Source: Wolbachia endosymbiont of Drosophila innubila
Lineage (GTDB): Bacteria > Pseudomonadota > Alphaproteobacteria > Rickettsiales > Anaplasmataceae
Reading direction: 5' to 3'
Assembly (NCBI RefSeq): GCF_021378375.1
Contig: NZ_CP076228.1
Location: 210,001-242,000 of the forward strand
Length of the DNA: 32,000 nucleotides
Of this stretch, positions 18,257 to 31,523 are shown piece by piece (the first letter of the stretch is position 1; the number at the start of each line of letters is the position of its first letter). A program made the translations under genes and the position numbers. The notes under the pieces are model-generated. The model made no database searches, was not told the DNA's origin, and worked only from the letters and a program-made list of their open reading frames with translations.

Positions 18257-19483
18257 ATGAATAAAGTGATAACATTTGGTTGTCGTCTAAATTTTTACGA
18301 GAGCGAGTTAATCAAAGAAGCATTAAAAAAAGCAAAGAGAGAAAATGTTGTTGTGGTGCATAGCTGTGCAGTGACAAACGAAGCAGAACGTCAGGTAAAG
18401 CAAAAGATACGTAAGATTTACAAAAATGATCCAAATAAAGAAATTATCGTAGTTGGTTGTGCTGTTCAGTTGGATCCAGAAGTTTACAGTAGCATTCCTG
18501 GTGTAAGTAAAGTGCTCGGTAATCAAGATAAGCTAAAAGCTGAAAATTACTTACTAAATGACGATAAAATCTTGGTCAGTGATAACCAAGTAGAACCTGT
18601 TCTAATTAATGGATTTGAAGATAAGTCAAGGGCATTTATTGAAATTCAAAATGGTTGTAATCATAGCTGCACATTTTGTTCAATTACTGAGGCAAGAGGG
18701 AATAATCGATCTGTGCCAATAAACAGTATTATAGAGCAAATCAGGATCTTTGTAGAAAATGGATATCAAGAAGTAGTGTTTACAGGGGTTGATATTACTG
18801 ACTTTGGTACAGATTTGTTGGGTAAGCCATCACTTGGTTCAATGATTAGGAGAGTTTTAAAGGATATACCAGAGTTGAAGAGGCTAAGACTTTCCTCTAT
18901 CGATGTTGCTGAAGTTGACGACGAATTAATGGATTTAATAGCTAATGAGTCAAGACTTATGCCTCATTTACATTTGAGTCTACAATCTGGTAATAATTTA
19001 ATACTAAAGAGAATGAAGCGTCGTCACAACAGAGAACAAGTGATAGAATTTTGTCATAAAATGAAGAGCTTGAGGCCTAATATAGCATTTGGCGCTGATA
19101 TTATTGCTGGATTTCCAACAGAAACTGATGAAATGTTTCAGGATACAGTTGATTTACTGAAAAAAACAAATATAGTTTACCTACATGCTTTTCCATATTC
19201 AGAGCGGAAAAATACACCTGCTGCACGAATGCCACAAGTACCAGAGAATGTGCGTAAAGAACGAGTAAAAAATTTAAGAGAAGTAAATAAAGAAATTATG
19301 AGCAGTTTTTGTCAATCCTTGATCAACACTAAGCAAAGTGTTCTGGTTGAGCAAAATAATGTCGGTAGAGCAGAAAATTTTGCATTAATAAAGCTTGAAT
19401 CAAAAGCTCAAGCCAAGAGTATTGTGAAAGTTAATGTTAAAGGAGTGGAAAATAATTATCTAATTGGAAATATTTTTTCTTAA
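18257..19483 (+). CDS. mtaB: tRNA (N(6)-L-threonylcarbamoyladenosine(37)-C(2))-methylthiotransferase MtaB-like radical SAM enzyme
   Basis: MNKVITFGCRLNFYESELIKEAL, VVHSCAVTNEAERQVKQKIRK, IQNGCNHSCTFCSITEARGNNRSVP (CxxxCxxC), HLHLSLQSGNNLILKRMKRRHNR, DIIAGFPTETDEMF. Confidence 0.92.
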   Translation: MNKVITFGCRLNFYESELIKEALKKAKRENVVVVHSCAVTNEAERQVKQKIRKIYKNDPNKEIIVVGCAVQLDPEVYSSIPGVSKVLGNQDKLKAENYLLNDDKILVSDNQVEPVLINGFEDKSRAFIEIQNGCNHSCTFCSITEARGNNRSVPINSIIEQIRIFVENGYQEVVFTGVDITDFGTDLLGKPSLGSMIRRVLKDIPELKRLRLSSIDVAEVDDELMDLIANESRLMPHLHLSLQSGNNLILKRMKRRHNREQVIEFCHKMKSLRPNIAFGADIIAGFPTETDEMFQDTVDLLKKTNIVYLHAFPYSERKNTPAARMPQVPENVRKERVKNLREVNKEIMSSFCQSLINTKQSVLVEQNNVGRAENFALIKLESKAQAKSIVKVNVKGVENNYLIGNIFS

Positions 19484-19528
19484 TTTTTGTACATTGAAGA
19501 AATATACGATATAGTAATTATACTGTAA

Positions 19529-20461
19529 ATGATAATTGTGAATTCATTTATGATAACTAGAATATCTATTACTTTATTTTTGATTTTCATTTCATGTGTC
19601 TATTTTTTTATTACTTATATTAGTAATGATACACACATTGAGCAAGTACAACCCTTAAAATTAGAAACAGACAATAATAAAAGTGTGATACGTTCTGAGG
19701 AGGTTACTGCAAAAGAAATACCAATAAAATATCAAGAACTTGAAAGTAGTCCACCTTCTGTTTTCCAAGTAGCTGATCAGAAAAATATGTGGTCACGTAT
19801 TGCAGATCAAGCTGAGCCTACAAAAGAAAAATCAAAAAAACTTGATTTTTATGTTAGCGCTAACGGTGGTAAGGTATACCATGATAATTCAGAAATATTT
19901 GTAAAGGGTATACAAGAAATAGGAAAAAGAGTCCTAACTTTAGTTGAAAGTCATTATGGTTTTATAATAAAAAATATAGTGGCAGATGAAATTAAAAGTA
20001 TACAGCAATTTGATGGTAAATTTGATTTCCAGTGGTTTAGCAGCATGTCTTTAGGTTACTATGCTGGAGAAAATGGTAAAATTGATTTTGAAGCCGCGTA
20101 TTCTATAGCCAATATTGAAGATAGTAATTCTCCTCCGGTATTTGATAAATCAGCAAGTATATTTGCGTTTTTGTTAAACTTCTATTATAATCCCAGCGTT
20201 CAGGATACACAATTTGCTCCGTACATCGGTCTTGGTATAGGACCAACAGTTTTTAGATTAAAAAGGATTAATGGGTCACCCCAAAATTCAATGCCACTGA
20301 ATGTTCCTTGGTTTGCTTATCAAATAAAACTTGGTGTTGATTATTCAATAATCCCAGAAATCAAAACCTTTCTCGGCTATCGTTACTTTAGCGTTCCGAT
20401 ACCTGTTGCAGATGACATATCTACTCACAATATTGAAGTTGGTTTGATATTTAATTTTTAG
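19529..20461 (+). CDS. P44/Msp2-type outer membrane beta-barrel protein
   Basis: N-terminal signal/anchor, then DFYVSANGGKVYHDNSE..., FAPYIGLGIGPTVFRLK, WFAYQIKLGVDYSIIPEIKTFLGYRYFSVP...HNIEVGLIFNF, with the terminal aromatic residue typical of outer membrane barrels. Confidence 0.75.
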   Translation: MIIVNSFMITRISITLFLIFISCVYFFITYISNDTHIEQVQPLKLETDNNKSVIRSEEVTAKEIPIKYQELESSPPSVFQVADQKNMWSRIADQAEPTKEKSKKLDFYVSANGGKVYHDNSEIFVKGIQEIGKRVLTLVESHYGFIIKNIVADEIKSIQQFDGKFDFQWFSSMSLGYYAGENGKIDFEAAYSIANIEDSNSPPVFDKSASIFAFLLNFYYNPSVQDTQFAPYIGLGIGPTVFRLKRINGSPQNSMPLNVPWFAYQIKLGVDYSIIPEIKTFLGYRYFSVPIPVADDISTHNIEVGLIFNF

Positions 20462-20468
20462 TGATAAT

Positions 20469-21971
20469 TTAATATATATATAAATTCTTATCTTTTCTAT
20501 CTAACAAACCAAATGTTGGTACGATTGTTGCTTTTAAAAAAATGACAGTTTCTACTGTTCTAATATTATTCGCTAGCCTTTTTGATTTCTGATGCAATAA
20601 GCTTTGCTTATCTTCTCTATGTTCTATAAGCCCGCCGATTACCATAATTTCACCGCTCTTAATTTTTAACATAGAGTTCATTTCTCTGATTTCAACAATT
20701 GGAATGTCGCTATTTAATTTCATTTTACTCTGCTGTGCGACGTACTCTATATCTGGATCTTTAGTGTAGCCGTTAATTCTTGATAAAGTTGGATGTATAT
20801 CCATGAATATTTCACTAGTATCAATGTTAATGCTTGGGTGGATTATTAGCACAACACCTATTGGGACGCTATTCATCTTGGTAATTAAGGTCTGATTAGA
20901 GTTTCTAGTATCTTTTTGTATATCGGAGGTAAAATAAATATGGTTTTTAGTAAATGAAATCATCGCTTGCTGATTATTTATAGCATGTACTCTGGGGCTT
21001 GAAATTACAGTTGAAGTGCCAAATTTGTCTAAATTTTTTACTAAATCTCCTAGATCATTTGCACCAAAGTTCATTGCTAGGTTAATAATGGAGTTATCTT
21101 GATTTATTATAGACTTAGTTCCATCTTGTAAGTCATTTAAGTTCATACCAGAAAGGTATTTGTCATCTAGCACAACTTCAACTATTTTTGCCTCTATCAT
21201 TACTTGAGAAGACGCTAACTTCTTAACCTTATTAATATATTCTTCAACAGCTTTGTGGATATCTTTTTTAGCATTCAAAATAATAACACCAGCTTCTCTG
21301 TTGGATGAAAGGAATTCGCCATCATCCACCCCGTTAACATCCATTATTGCATTCAAGCCTTTTTCTAATGAATTCCATAAGTCACTACTGTATTGAGACT
21401 TCATAACATTGTTATAGTCCCTATCAACGTTACTTCCATCACTGTTAGTAATATTGTTATTAATGACGAAACTGCTTTGAGCAGAATGTTGAATATTGAT
21501 GAAGTCTACGTAATAATTTTGTGCGTATGGCAAGTCCTGCTCAATTCTAATTACACCATTACTTGTTGAGTAACGCAGTTTGGCGCTATTTGCTATACTC
21601 TGAATTACTTCGTTTATATCCTTATCTTTTAGCTTTAAAATAATATTACCTGATATTTTTGGGTCCATATCCAAGTTAACGTCAGAAAGTTTTCCTATCT
21701 CAATCAGCAAATCCTTTACTGATACTTCTTCACTAACATTAATAGAAATAAGCTGATTACTGATTGTGAGATCGGGAAACTCTATTGGTAAAGGCATAAT
21801 TTCTGGTATTGCCGGTTCATTAATCTCCAAAGAGGTGTTATATTGTTGCAACGGATAATCGTGCTTATAATTGTCTATGTTAATAGGATATTGCTTGGTA
21901 GGTAGATGTGTGCAAGAAATAATGAAGAGGAGTATTAAGCATTTAAAAATAGCCATTAGAACAGCATACAA
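20469..21971 (-). CDS. Secretin-like (GspD/PilQ superfamily) lipoprotein
   Basis: Lipobox-like LFIISC. N-terminal secretin domain with VSVKDLLIEIGKLSDVNLDMDPKISGNIILKLKDKDINEVIQSIANSAKLRY. C-terminal secretin signatures GTSTVISSPRVHAINNQQAMI, VPIGVVLIIHPSINIDTSEIFMDIHPTLS, KIKSGEIMVIGGLI. Confidence 0.85.
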   Translation of the reverse strand: MYAVLMAIFKCLILLFIISCTHLPTKQYPINIDNYKHDYPLQQYNTSLEINEPAIPEIMPLPIEFPDLTISNQLISINVSEEVSVKDLLIEIGKLSDVNLDMDPKISGNIILKLKDKDINEVIQSIANSAKLRYSTSNGVIRIEQDLPYAQNYYVDFINIQHSAQSSFVINNNITNSDGSNVDRDYNNVMKSQYSSDLWNSLEKGLNAIMDVNGVDDGEFLSSNREAGVIILNAKKDIHKAVEEYINKVKKLASSQVMIEAKIVEVVLDDKYLSGMNLNDLQDGTKSIINQDNSIINLAMNFGANDLGDLVKNLDKFGTSTVISSPRVHAINNQQAMISFTKNHIYFTSDIQKDTRNSNQTLITKMNSVPIGVVLIIHPSINIDTSEIFMDIHPTLSRINGYTKDPDIEYVAQQSKMKLNSDIPIVEIREMNSMLKIKSGEIMVIGGLIEHREDKQSLLHQKSKRLANNIRTVETVIFLKATIVPTFGLLDRKDKNLYIY

Positions 21972-22090
21972 AATCTATACTAATAGATTTCTATAAAAAT
22001 ATTAAAAATGTATTTAATCTCATTTTCATCGAGCAGATAATTGTCGTGTATTAGCTTTGGCTATGTATTTTTTGTATACTCTTCTTGTAC

Positions 22091-23454
22091 TTAAATGTAG
22101 ACCAGCATAGCCCTAATTTTTTTATATATTGTACTTCTTTCTCTGTATTTAATAATAGGCTTGAAAATAAATGGTAAGCCTATAATTGTTAAGCTTAGAG
22201 CTAGGGTTGAAAGTATACAACAGGCTTTGTGTTTACTATGTAGCTCTTTCAGATAAAGCATCAAAAATCTATAAAATTTTTTGTAATTTTCTTCGATGTT
22301 TTTTTTGCTATGAGCCTTGCTAATGAACATATCTATTGCGGTATGATCGTTATTGCACTTAATGTTAAGGTCTGCACCTTTTTCTGTTAACAACTGAGCT
22401 ATATCAAAATAATCCTTTTGAACAGCAAGATGTAGAGGTGCAAAACCTTGTTGCTCACAAATGTTCATATTGGCTCTAACTTCCAATAACATTTTCACAA
22501 TTTGTGTATGGCCTTTTTTAACTGCGAGTAGCAAGGGAGTTCTGTTACATTTAGTAACAGCATTAACGTTTACCTTAAGCTTCAATAAGAGCTTAACTGT
22601 TTTAGTGTTACCATTATGGCTAGCTTTATGCAGCCTAGCGTTACCATTAAAATCTTGATCGTTTGCTTCTATTCCCTTTGAAACAAGAAATGTTACCATT
22701 TTTCTATTATTATGCTCAATAGCGCAATCTAACGCATCAAAACCATGGTTGTTTTTTGTGCAAAAAAACTCTTTAAGTTTAATTTATCGTTACTTGCTTG
22801 CTGTTTTTTTGCAATAAGTTTTACTATTTGCATTTTGTTGTTATACGCTGCTAGGAAAAGCGTAGTGTTATTTTCTGCATCTTTGGCTTCTATATTTGCA
22901 CCTTTCTTTATCAGATATTCTATAATTTCTGCTCTGCTGTCATAATGTGCGGTGCATTGATAAATGGTTAAAAACAAAGGAGTACGAAAATTGTTATCTT
23001 CACATTCGAGATTTGCTCCGCTATCAATTAAAATTTGGACGCTTTTTTTAGAACCGTATAGTGAAGCTATATGAAGAGGAGTATAGCCCTCTTTGGCATC
23101 TTTTTCATTAATTTTTGCGCCTTTTGTTATCAAAAAATCTATTAATTCCGTGTCATCTTGTAGTGCAGCAAGGTGCAGTGGAGTGAATCCATTTTTATCC
23201 TTGGAATTAATTGTCAGTTGGTTAACAAAAAGTTTAGCAACTTTCTTGTGTCCATGCATAATGGCGTAATGCAGAGGGTTTCTATTTTCGTTGTCTACGA
23301 CATTGAAATCAGCTTCGTGCTCTAGTAATGACTTTACTCCAACTAAATCGCCTTCTTTTGTGAACTTATGCAAGAGAGTGATTCCACTTGCATCTTTTGA
23401 GTTAATATCAAATCCATTTTCTACTAATTGGTTTATATCTTCCTCACGCGCCAT
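22091..23454 (-). pseudogene. Ankyrin-repeat protein with C-terminal hydrophobic segment; split by a 1-nt frameshift
   Basis: ORFs 22729-23454 (GITLLHKFTKEGDLVGVKSLLEHEADFNVVDNENRNPLHYAIMHGHKKVAKLF...) and 22091-22699 (NARLHKASHNGNTKTVKLLLKLKVNVNAV...) are consecutive ankyrin repeats. Moving frame by one nt at 22762-22768 restores TKNNHGFDALDCAIEHNNRKMVTFLVSKG. Confidence 0.88.
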
Positions 23455-23934
23455 ATCACTTAAATCTCTAATTAAACTCTTTTCGCGTTAATAATACTCC
23501 TACTTGATTAAGTTTAAATGAATCTGTGAGAAATGGCTAGTGCATTCTTGCATAACAAACTTTTGGCAGCGCATTGGATGAAACGAAAAACTTACTTGAC
23601 AAACTCCGCCAGCCCTCTTATCATGAAACTGAAGCTATTTATTTATCTTCGCAATCTCTGCAGTGGATTAATGACAAAAAGCTTAATATATTTGGCGTAA
23701 ATCATGCTTAATTTTTTGCACTATGTGCACCTCATGTCTTTATAAAACTTTTAGGTTTCTACCTATACAAGCCGAAACGCGCTTATAAAGTGTTTAAGAC
23801 AGTAAAAGACGTCAAATAGACAAGGGAGAATTTGAATACTAGCTACCCTAGGGTTTCTTTGCCTTTTTTTTTATTTGGTAAATTTCTTAACATTTATAGC
23901 TAAACGACAACTGTCATTCCTGTAAAGGTCAAGT

Positions 23935-24290
23935 ATCCCGCTACTTGTTAGCGGGATCTAGAGATACCGTGACGGTATGACGTAGGATTGCTGTCATTCT
24001 GCTACTTGTTAGCGGCTGAGATACCGCGAATGAATCGCGGTATGACGGTTCGCGGTGGCATGACGATAAGCTCGTCATTCTGCTACTTGTTAGCGGCTGA
24101 GATACCGCGAATGAATCGCGGTATGACGGTTAGCGGCGGCATGACGTAGGATTGCTGTCATTTCGCTACTTGTTAGCGGCTGAGATACCGCGAATAAATC
24201 GCGGTATGAGACGGTTAGCGGTGGCGTGACGATAAGCTCGTCATTCCGCTACGTGTTAGCGGCTAAGAGATATCGCGGTGGTATAGCTAT
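23935..24290 (+). repeat. Tandem array of a ~81-83 bp palindromic repeat (about 5 copies, some degenerate)
   Basis: GCTACTTGTTAGCGG(C) occurs at 23940, 24001, 24082 and 24165, with the variant GCTACGTGTTAGCGG at 24248. The better copies contain GATACCGCGAATGAATCGCGGTATGACGGT. Confidence 0.92.
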
Positions 24291-24386
24291 AAATTGTTGA
24301 TATCTTTTTTATATCACATTTTTAACTTACAATAGTTAGCCAGCGTTCCTTACATTAACCAAATTTTTCAAATTCTGCACTCACCA

Positions 24387-25061
24387 CTACCTATAACTCA
24401 CTTTCACGCAATATTGATCGTTCTTAAAAAGCAATCTAACATTTTTTATTCCTTGATTGCGAAGCTTTGATGCAGCTGATTTAGCAGCCTGAGCACTTTT
24501 AAAAAATGCAACATATCCCTTACTTTCTGCACTGTCTTGTTTCGGATGACGTTTCTGCATTTCTTTTTCATATTGCTTTCTGTAATGAGGAGTATTTTGT
24601 ATCAATTGTTCTGACATCTTTCTTAGGTATTGAACTTTTACTTTTGCAAGCCCAGATTTATGAAATCTTAAGACTTGAGCTGCTTTTTCTGATAAGTCTA
24701 TTATTCTGCCTTCAATAAAAGGCCCTCTATCGTTAACCCTTGTAACAAGCTTTCTTCCGTTTTCTAAATTAGTGACAAGAACAAAGCAGGGTAAGGGCAA
24801 AGTCTTATGCGCTGCAGAGATCAAGTGACGGTTAAACGCTTCACCATTTGCTGTAAGTGTGCCATGATCTTCTATTCCATACCACGATGCTATCCCTATC
24901 TCTTCATAGTGTTTACAGTTTTTTGGATAATAAGTTATACCATTTATTGTGTAGCTGCTGCCAATTTTATAATGACCTGCAGTGCAGTTAAACCTGTTGC
25001 TAAAACTGCAGCTACTTATCAAAACAAATATTAGACATAGAAAGGTTAGGTTTTTTATCAT
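24387..25061 (-). CDS. rlpA: RlpA-family septal ring lytic transglycosylase / rare lipoprotein A (DPBB plus SPOR-like C-terminus)
   Basis: Lipobox VLISSC; [76 protein letters not shown]; C-terminal [26 protein letters not shown]. Confidence 0.92.
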   Translation of the reverse strand: MIKNLTFLCLIFVLISSCSFSNRFNCTAGHYKIGSSYTINGITYYPKNCKHYEEIGIASWYGIEDHGTLTANGEAFNRHLISAAHKTLPLPCFVLVTNLENGRKLVTRVNDRGPFIEGRIIDLSEKAAQVLRFHKSGLAKVKVQYLRKMSEQLIQNTPHYRKQYEKEMQKRHPKQDSAESKGYVAFFKSAQAAKSAASKLRNQGIKNVRLLFKNDQYCVKVSYR

Positions 25062-25123
25062 TGTATTCGGTAAGAGGGTTCGATATTATGAGGATTTTAA
25101 ATTATACTATAATAAATTTAGTA

Positions 25124-28873
<3,750 letters not shown>

Positions 28874-28964
28874 ATTTTCTATTTATGGATGTACAAGAAT
28901 GGTAGCGTGCAACCAGAACTAAGCGTACAGCTGTGCAAACATCGTGATTTGAGTCCACCAGAAG

Positions 28965-29100
28965 GGTGTCATCCCAGTGCCCAGACACTGGGATCCAGGA
29001 ATTTTATTAAGTTGGTAAGCATAAAAGTAGCCGTTTTATGTTAAAATACAACGTTTTGATGATTATGAAAAGGCTGGATTCCAGACTGGAATGACACCAT
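28965..29100 (+). repeat. Intergenic composite palindromic repeat, same family as the ccmF and murC insertions
   Basis: GGTGTCATCCCAGTGCCCAGACACTGGGATCCAGG ... GGCTGGATTCCAGACTGGAATGACACC; the outer ends GGTGTCAT / ATGACACC are inverted. Confidence 0.88.
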
Positions 29101-29265
29101 CATAAAGTGAATCAGTGTCAGCTACTTGCATCTACCATGCAAGTTAACTGAAAATTGCAATGTTCGTACACTTGACTACTTGGATCTAGTATGATTTAAT
29201 TAACAAAGAAGTAGGCATGAAAAAATTATGTAGTGAACCAGTTTGCATAACACCAGGAGGAAAAT

Positions 29266-30660
29266 ATGGATAGAAAGACGAGAATAGAATCAGACAGCTT
29301 AGGGGAAGTAAAAGTACCAAGTGAACATTACTGGGGAGCACAGACTCAGCGTTCTTTAGAAAATTTTAAGATTGGCACAGAAAAAATGCCAGAGCCTCTG
29401 ATTAAAGCATTAGCAATAGTAAAACTTGCAGCAGCGCGTGTTAATATGAAACATGGTGTTATAGATGATAGGGTAGGGGACGCAATTTGCACAGCCGCGA
29501 GGGAAGTAATAGATGGCAAATTTAATAATGAATTTCCGCTTGTTGTTTGGCAAACCGGATCCGGAACGCAGACTAATATGAATATGAATGAAGTGATCAG
29601 CAATCGTGCAATAGAGATTTTAGGTGGTAATTTGGGTAGTAAATCTCCAATACATCCAAATGATCATGTGAATTATGGTCAGTCGTCAAATGACACCTTT
29701 CCAACAGCAATGCATATAGCAGCAGCAGAGCAAATAAACTGCTTGCTTATTCCAAATCTTGAAAAATTGCATAAGGTGCTGGATAATAAGGTTCAGGAAT
29801 TTAAAGATATAATAAAAGTAGGACGTACTCATCTGCAAGATGCAACGCCCCTAACACTAGGACAGGAGTTTTCTGGCTATGCAGCCCAGATTAAAAAGGG
29901 GATAGAGAGAGTAAAATCAACTTTAAGTGGTATATACGAGCTTGCACAAGGTGGCACTGCGGTTGGCACGGGACTCAATACTAAAAAGGGTTTTGCTGAA
30001 GATTTTGCAAAGCAAGTTGCAGGAATTACTAACCTTCCATTTACTTCAGCAGGCAATAAATTTGAAGCGCTAGCAGCAAATGATGCTTTAGTTGAGCTCA
30101 GTGGAACACTCAATACAGTAGCAGTCAGTTTAATGAAAATTGCAAATGATATAAGGTTGCTTGGTTCTGGTCCAAGATGCGGAATTGGGGAAATAATGTT
30201 ACCGGAAAATGAGCCTGGTTCTTCAATTATGCCAGGTAAAGTGAATCCAACTCAGTGTGAAGCGGTGACTATGGTATGCACTCAAGTTATGGGAAATCAT
30301 GTTGCTGTAACCATTAGTGGTTCAAACGGTCATTTTGAATTGAATGTGTTTAAGCCAGTGATAATTTACAATGTTTTGCAGTCTATAAGACTTTTAGCTG
30401 ACGCAAGTTTAAATTTTACAGAAAAATGTGTAGTTGGTATTAAAGCAAATGAAGAGAGGATAAAAGATTTACTGAATCAGTCGTTGATGTTGGTCACTAT
30501 ATTAAATACGCATATAGGGTACGACAATGCAGCAAAAATAGCGAAGCTTGCTTATAAAGAAAATATCACTCTAAAAGAAGCAGCAGCAAAACTTCAACTG
30601 CTCACTGAGGAAGAGTTTGAAAGGATAGTGAAACCAGAAGAAATGGTAAATTATTTGTAA
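29266..30660 (+). CDS. fumC: Class II fumarate hydratase
   Basis: 464 aa; [72 protein letters not shown]. Confidence 0.97.
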   Translation: MDRKTRIESDSLGEVKVPSEHYWGAQTQRSLENFKIGTEKMPEPLIKALAIVKLAAARVNMKHGVIDDRVGDAICTAAREVIDGKFNNEFPLVVWQTGSGTQTNMNMNEVISNRAIEILGGNLGSKSPIHPNDHVNYGQSSNDTFPTAMHIAAAEQINCLLIPNLEKLHKVLDNKVQEFKDIIKVGRTHLQDATPLTLGQEFSGYAAQIKKGIERVKSTLSGIYELAQGGTAVGTGLNTKKGFAEDFAKQVAGITNLPFTSAGNKFEALAANDALVELSGTLNTVAVSLMKIANDIRLLGSGPRCGIGEIMLPENEPGSSIMPGKVNPTQCEAVTMVCTQVMGNHVAVTISGSNGHFELNVFKPVIIYNVLQSIRLLADASLNFTEKCVVGIKANEERIKDLLNQSLMLVTILNTHIGYDNAAKIAKLAYKENITLKEAAAKLQLLTEEEFERIVKPEEMVNYL

Positions 30661-30854
30661 CCGCTCACACTTAATTCTTCAATCTCACTAATAGAAAGGC
30701 CAGTAAACTTGACAATAGTGTTAACATCAACATTATTATCTTGCTTTGTCTACCTTATTTTGCCGCTCCCCTGAACGGATACGGCTTAAGACATAAGATC
30801 CTTTTTCATAGCTATACTACGTTATCCAGCGTCTGGGCACTGGTTTCTTGGTAC

Positions 30855-31178
30855 TTATTCCGCAATAATTTTTTTTTCCTTCAATAAACTTTGCAGTTCG
30901 CCTTTTTCGTACATCTCGCGAGTGATGTCGCAACCACCAATAAACTCTTCCTTTATATATAATTGTGGAATTGTTGGCCAATCAGAAAACTTTTTTATAG
31001 ATTCACGTATTTCATCATTCTCCAACACGTTAATATACTTAAACTTCACGTTCAATTTTTTTAGGATTGACACGACGAGTCCAGAGAATCCGCATTGAGG
31101 AAAATCAGAAGTGCCTTTCATATATAATACCACATCATTTTCTGTTATATCTTTTTTTATTTGTTCAAAATTGCTCAT
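30855..31178 (-). CDS. grxD: Monothiol glutaredoxin (Grx4/GrxD family)
   Basis: VVLYMKGTSDFPQCGFSGLVVSILKKLNV, CGFS active site, WPTIPQLYIKEEFIGGCDI. Confidence 0.93.
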   Translation of the reverse strand: MSNFEQIKKDITENDVVLYMKGTSDFPQCGFSGLVVSILKKLNVKFKYINVLENDEIRESIKKFSDWPTIPQLYIKEEFIGGCDITREMYEKGELQSLLKEKKIIAE

Positions 31179-31193
31179 AAATTCACCTTATTT

Positions 31194-31412
31194 TTAAGTA
31201 TTAGTTTCCAGTTGCAAGGCGTGTATAGACTGACCTTCCAGAGCTTTATATACCATTTTATGCTGTTCTATTTTTGTCTTTCCAAGAAAACACTTGGAGT
31301 TTATTTTTAAATGATAATGGTCATCATCTCCAGCAAGATCATGAATCTTTATATCAGCGTCGGGGAACGATTGTTTGATGATCCTCTCTAATTCGTGAAT
31401 TGCAATAGTCAT
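31194..31412 (-). CDS. bolA: BolA family protein
   Basis: 72 aa; LERIIKQSFPDADIKIHDLAGDDDHYHLKINSKCFLGKTKIEQHKMVYKAL, characteristic of the BolA/IbaG family. Confidence 0.85.
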   Translation of the reverse strand: MTIAIHELERIIKQSFPDADIKIHDLAGDDDHYHLKINSKCFLGKTKIEQHKMVYKALEGQSIHALQLETNT

Positions 31413-31523
31413 TGATTTGCTTTAAATTACAATACTTTCATTATAAATCTAAAACGATTGAGCGCAATAAAAAGTTGCTATCATAAAAAATAGAAGCATA
31501 CTATAATAATGGAATGACAAATT

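Noticed and set aside
23935-24290. The ~82-bp repeat array considered as a CRISPR
   Set aside because: Whole units including inter-hairpin sequence are conserved, there are no unique spacers, and no cas genes are in the window.
30855-31412. grxD-bolA adjacency as a new system
   Set aside because: Monothiol glutaredoxin and BolA are well-known iron-sulphur partners and commonly adjacent in alphaproteobacteria.
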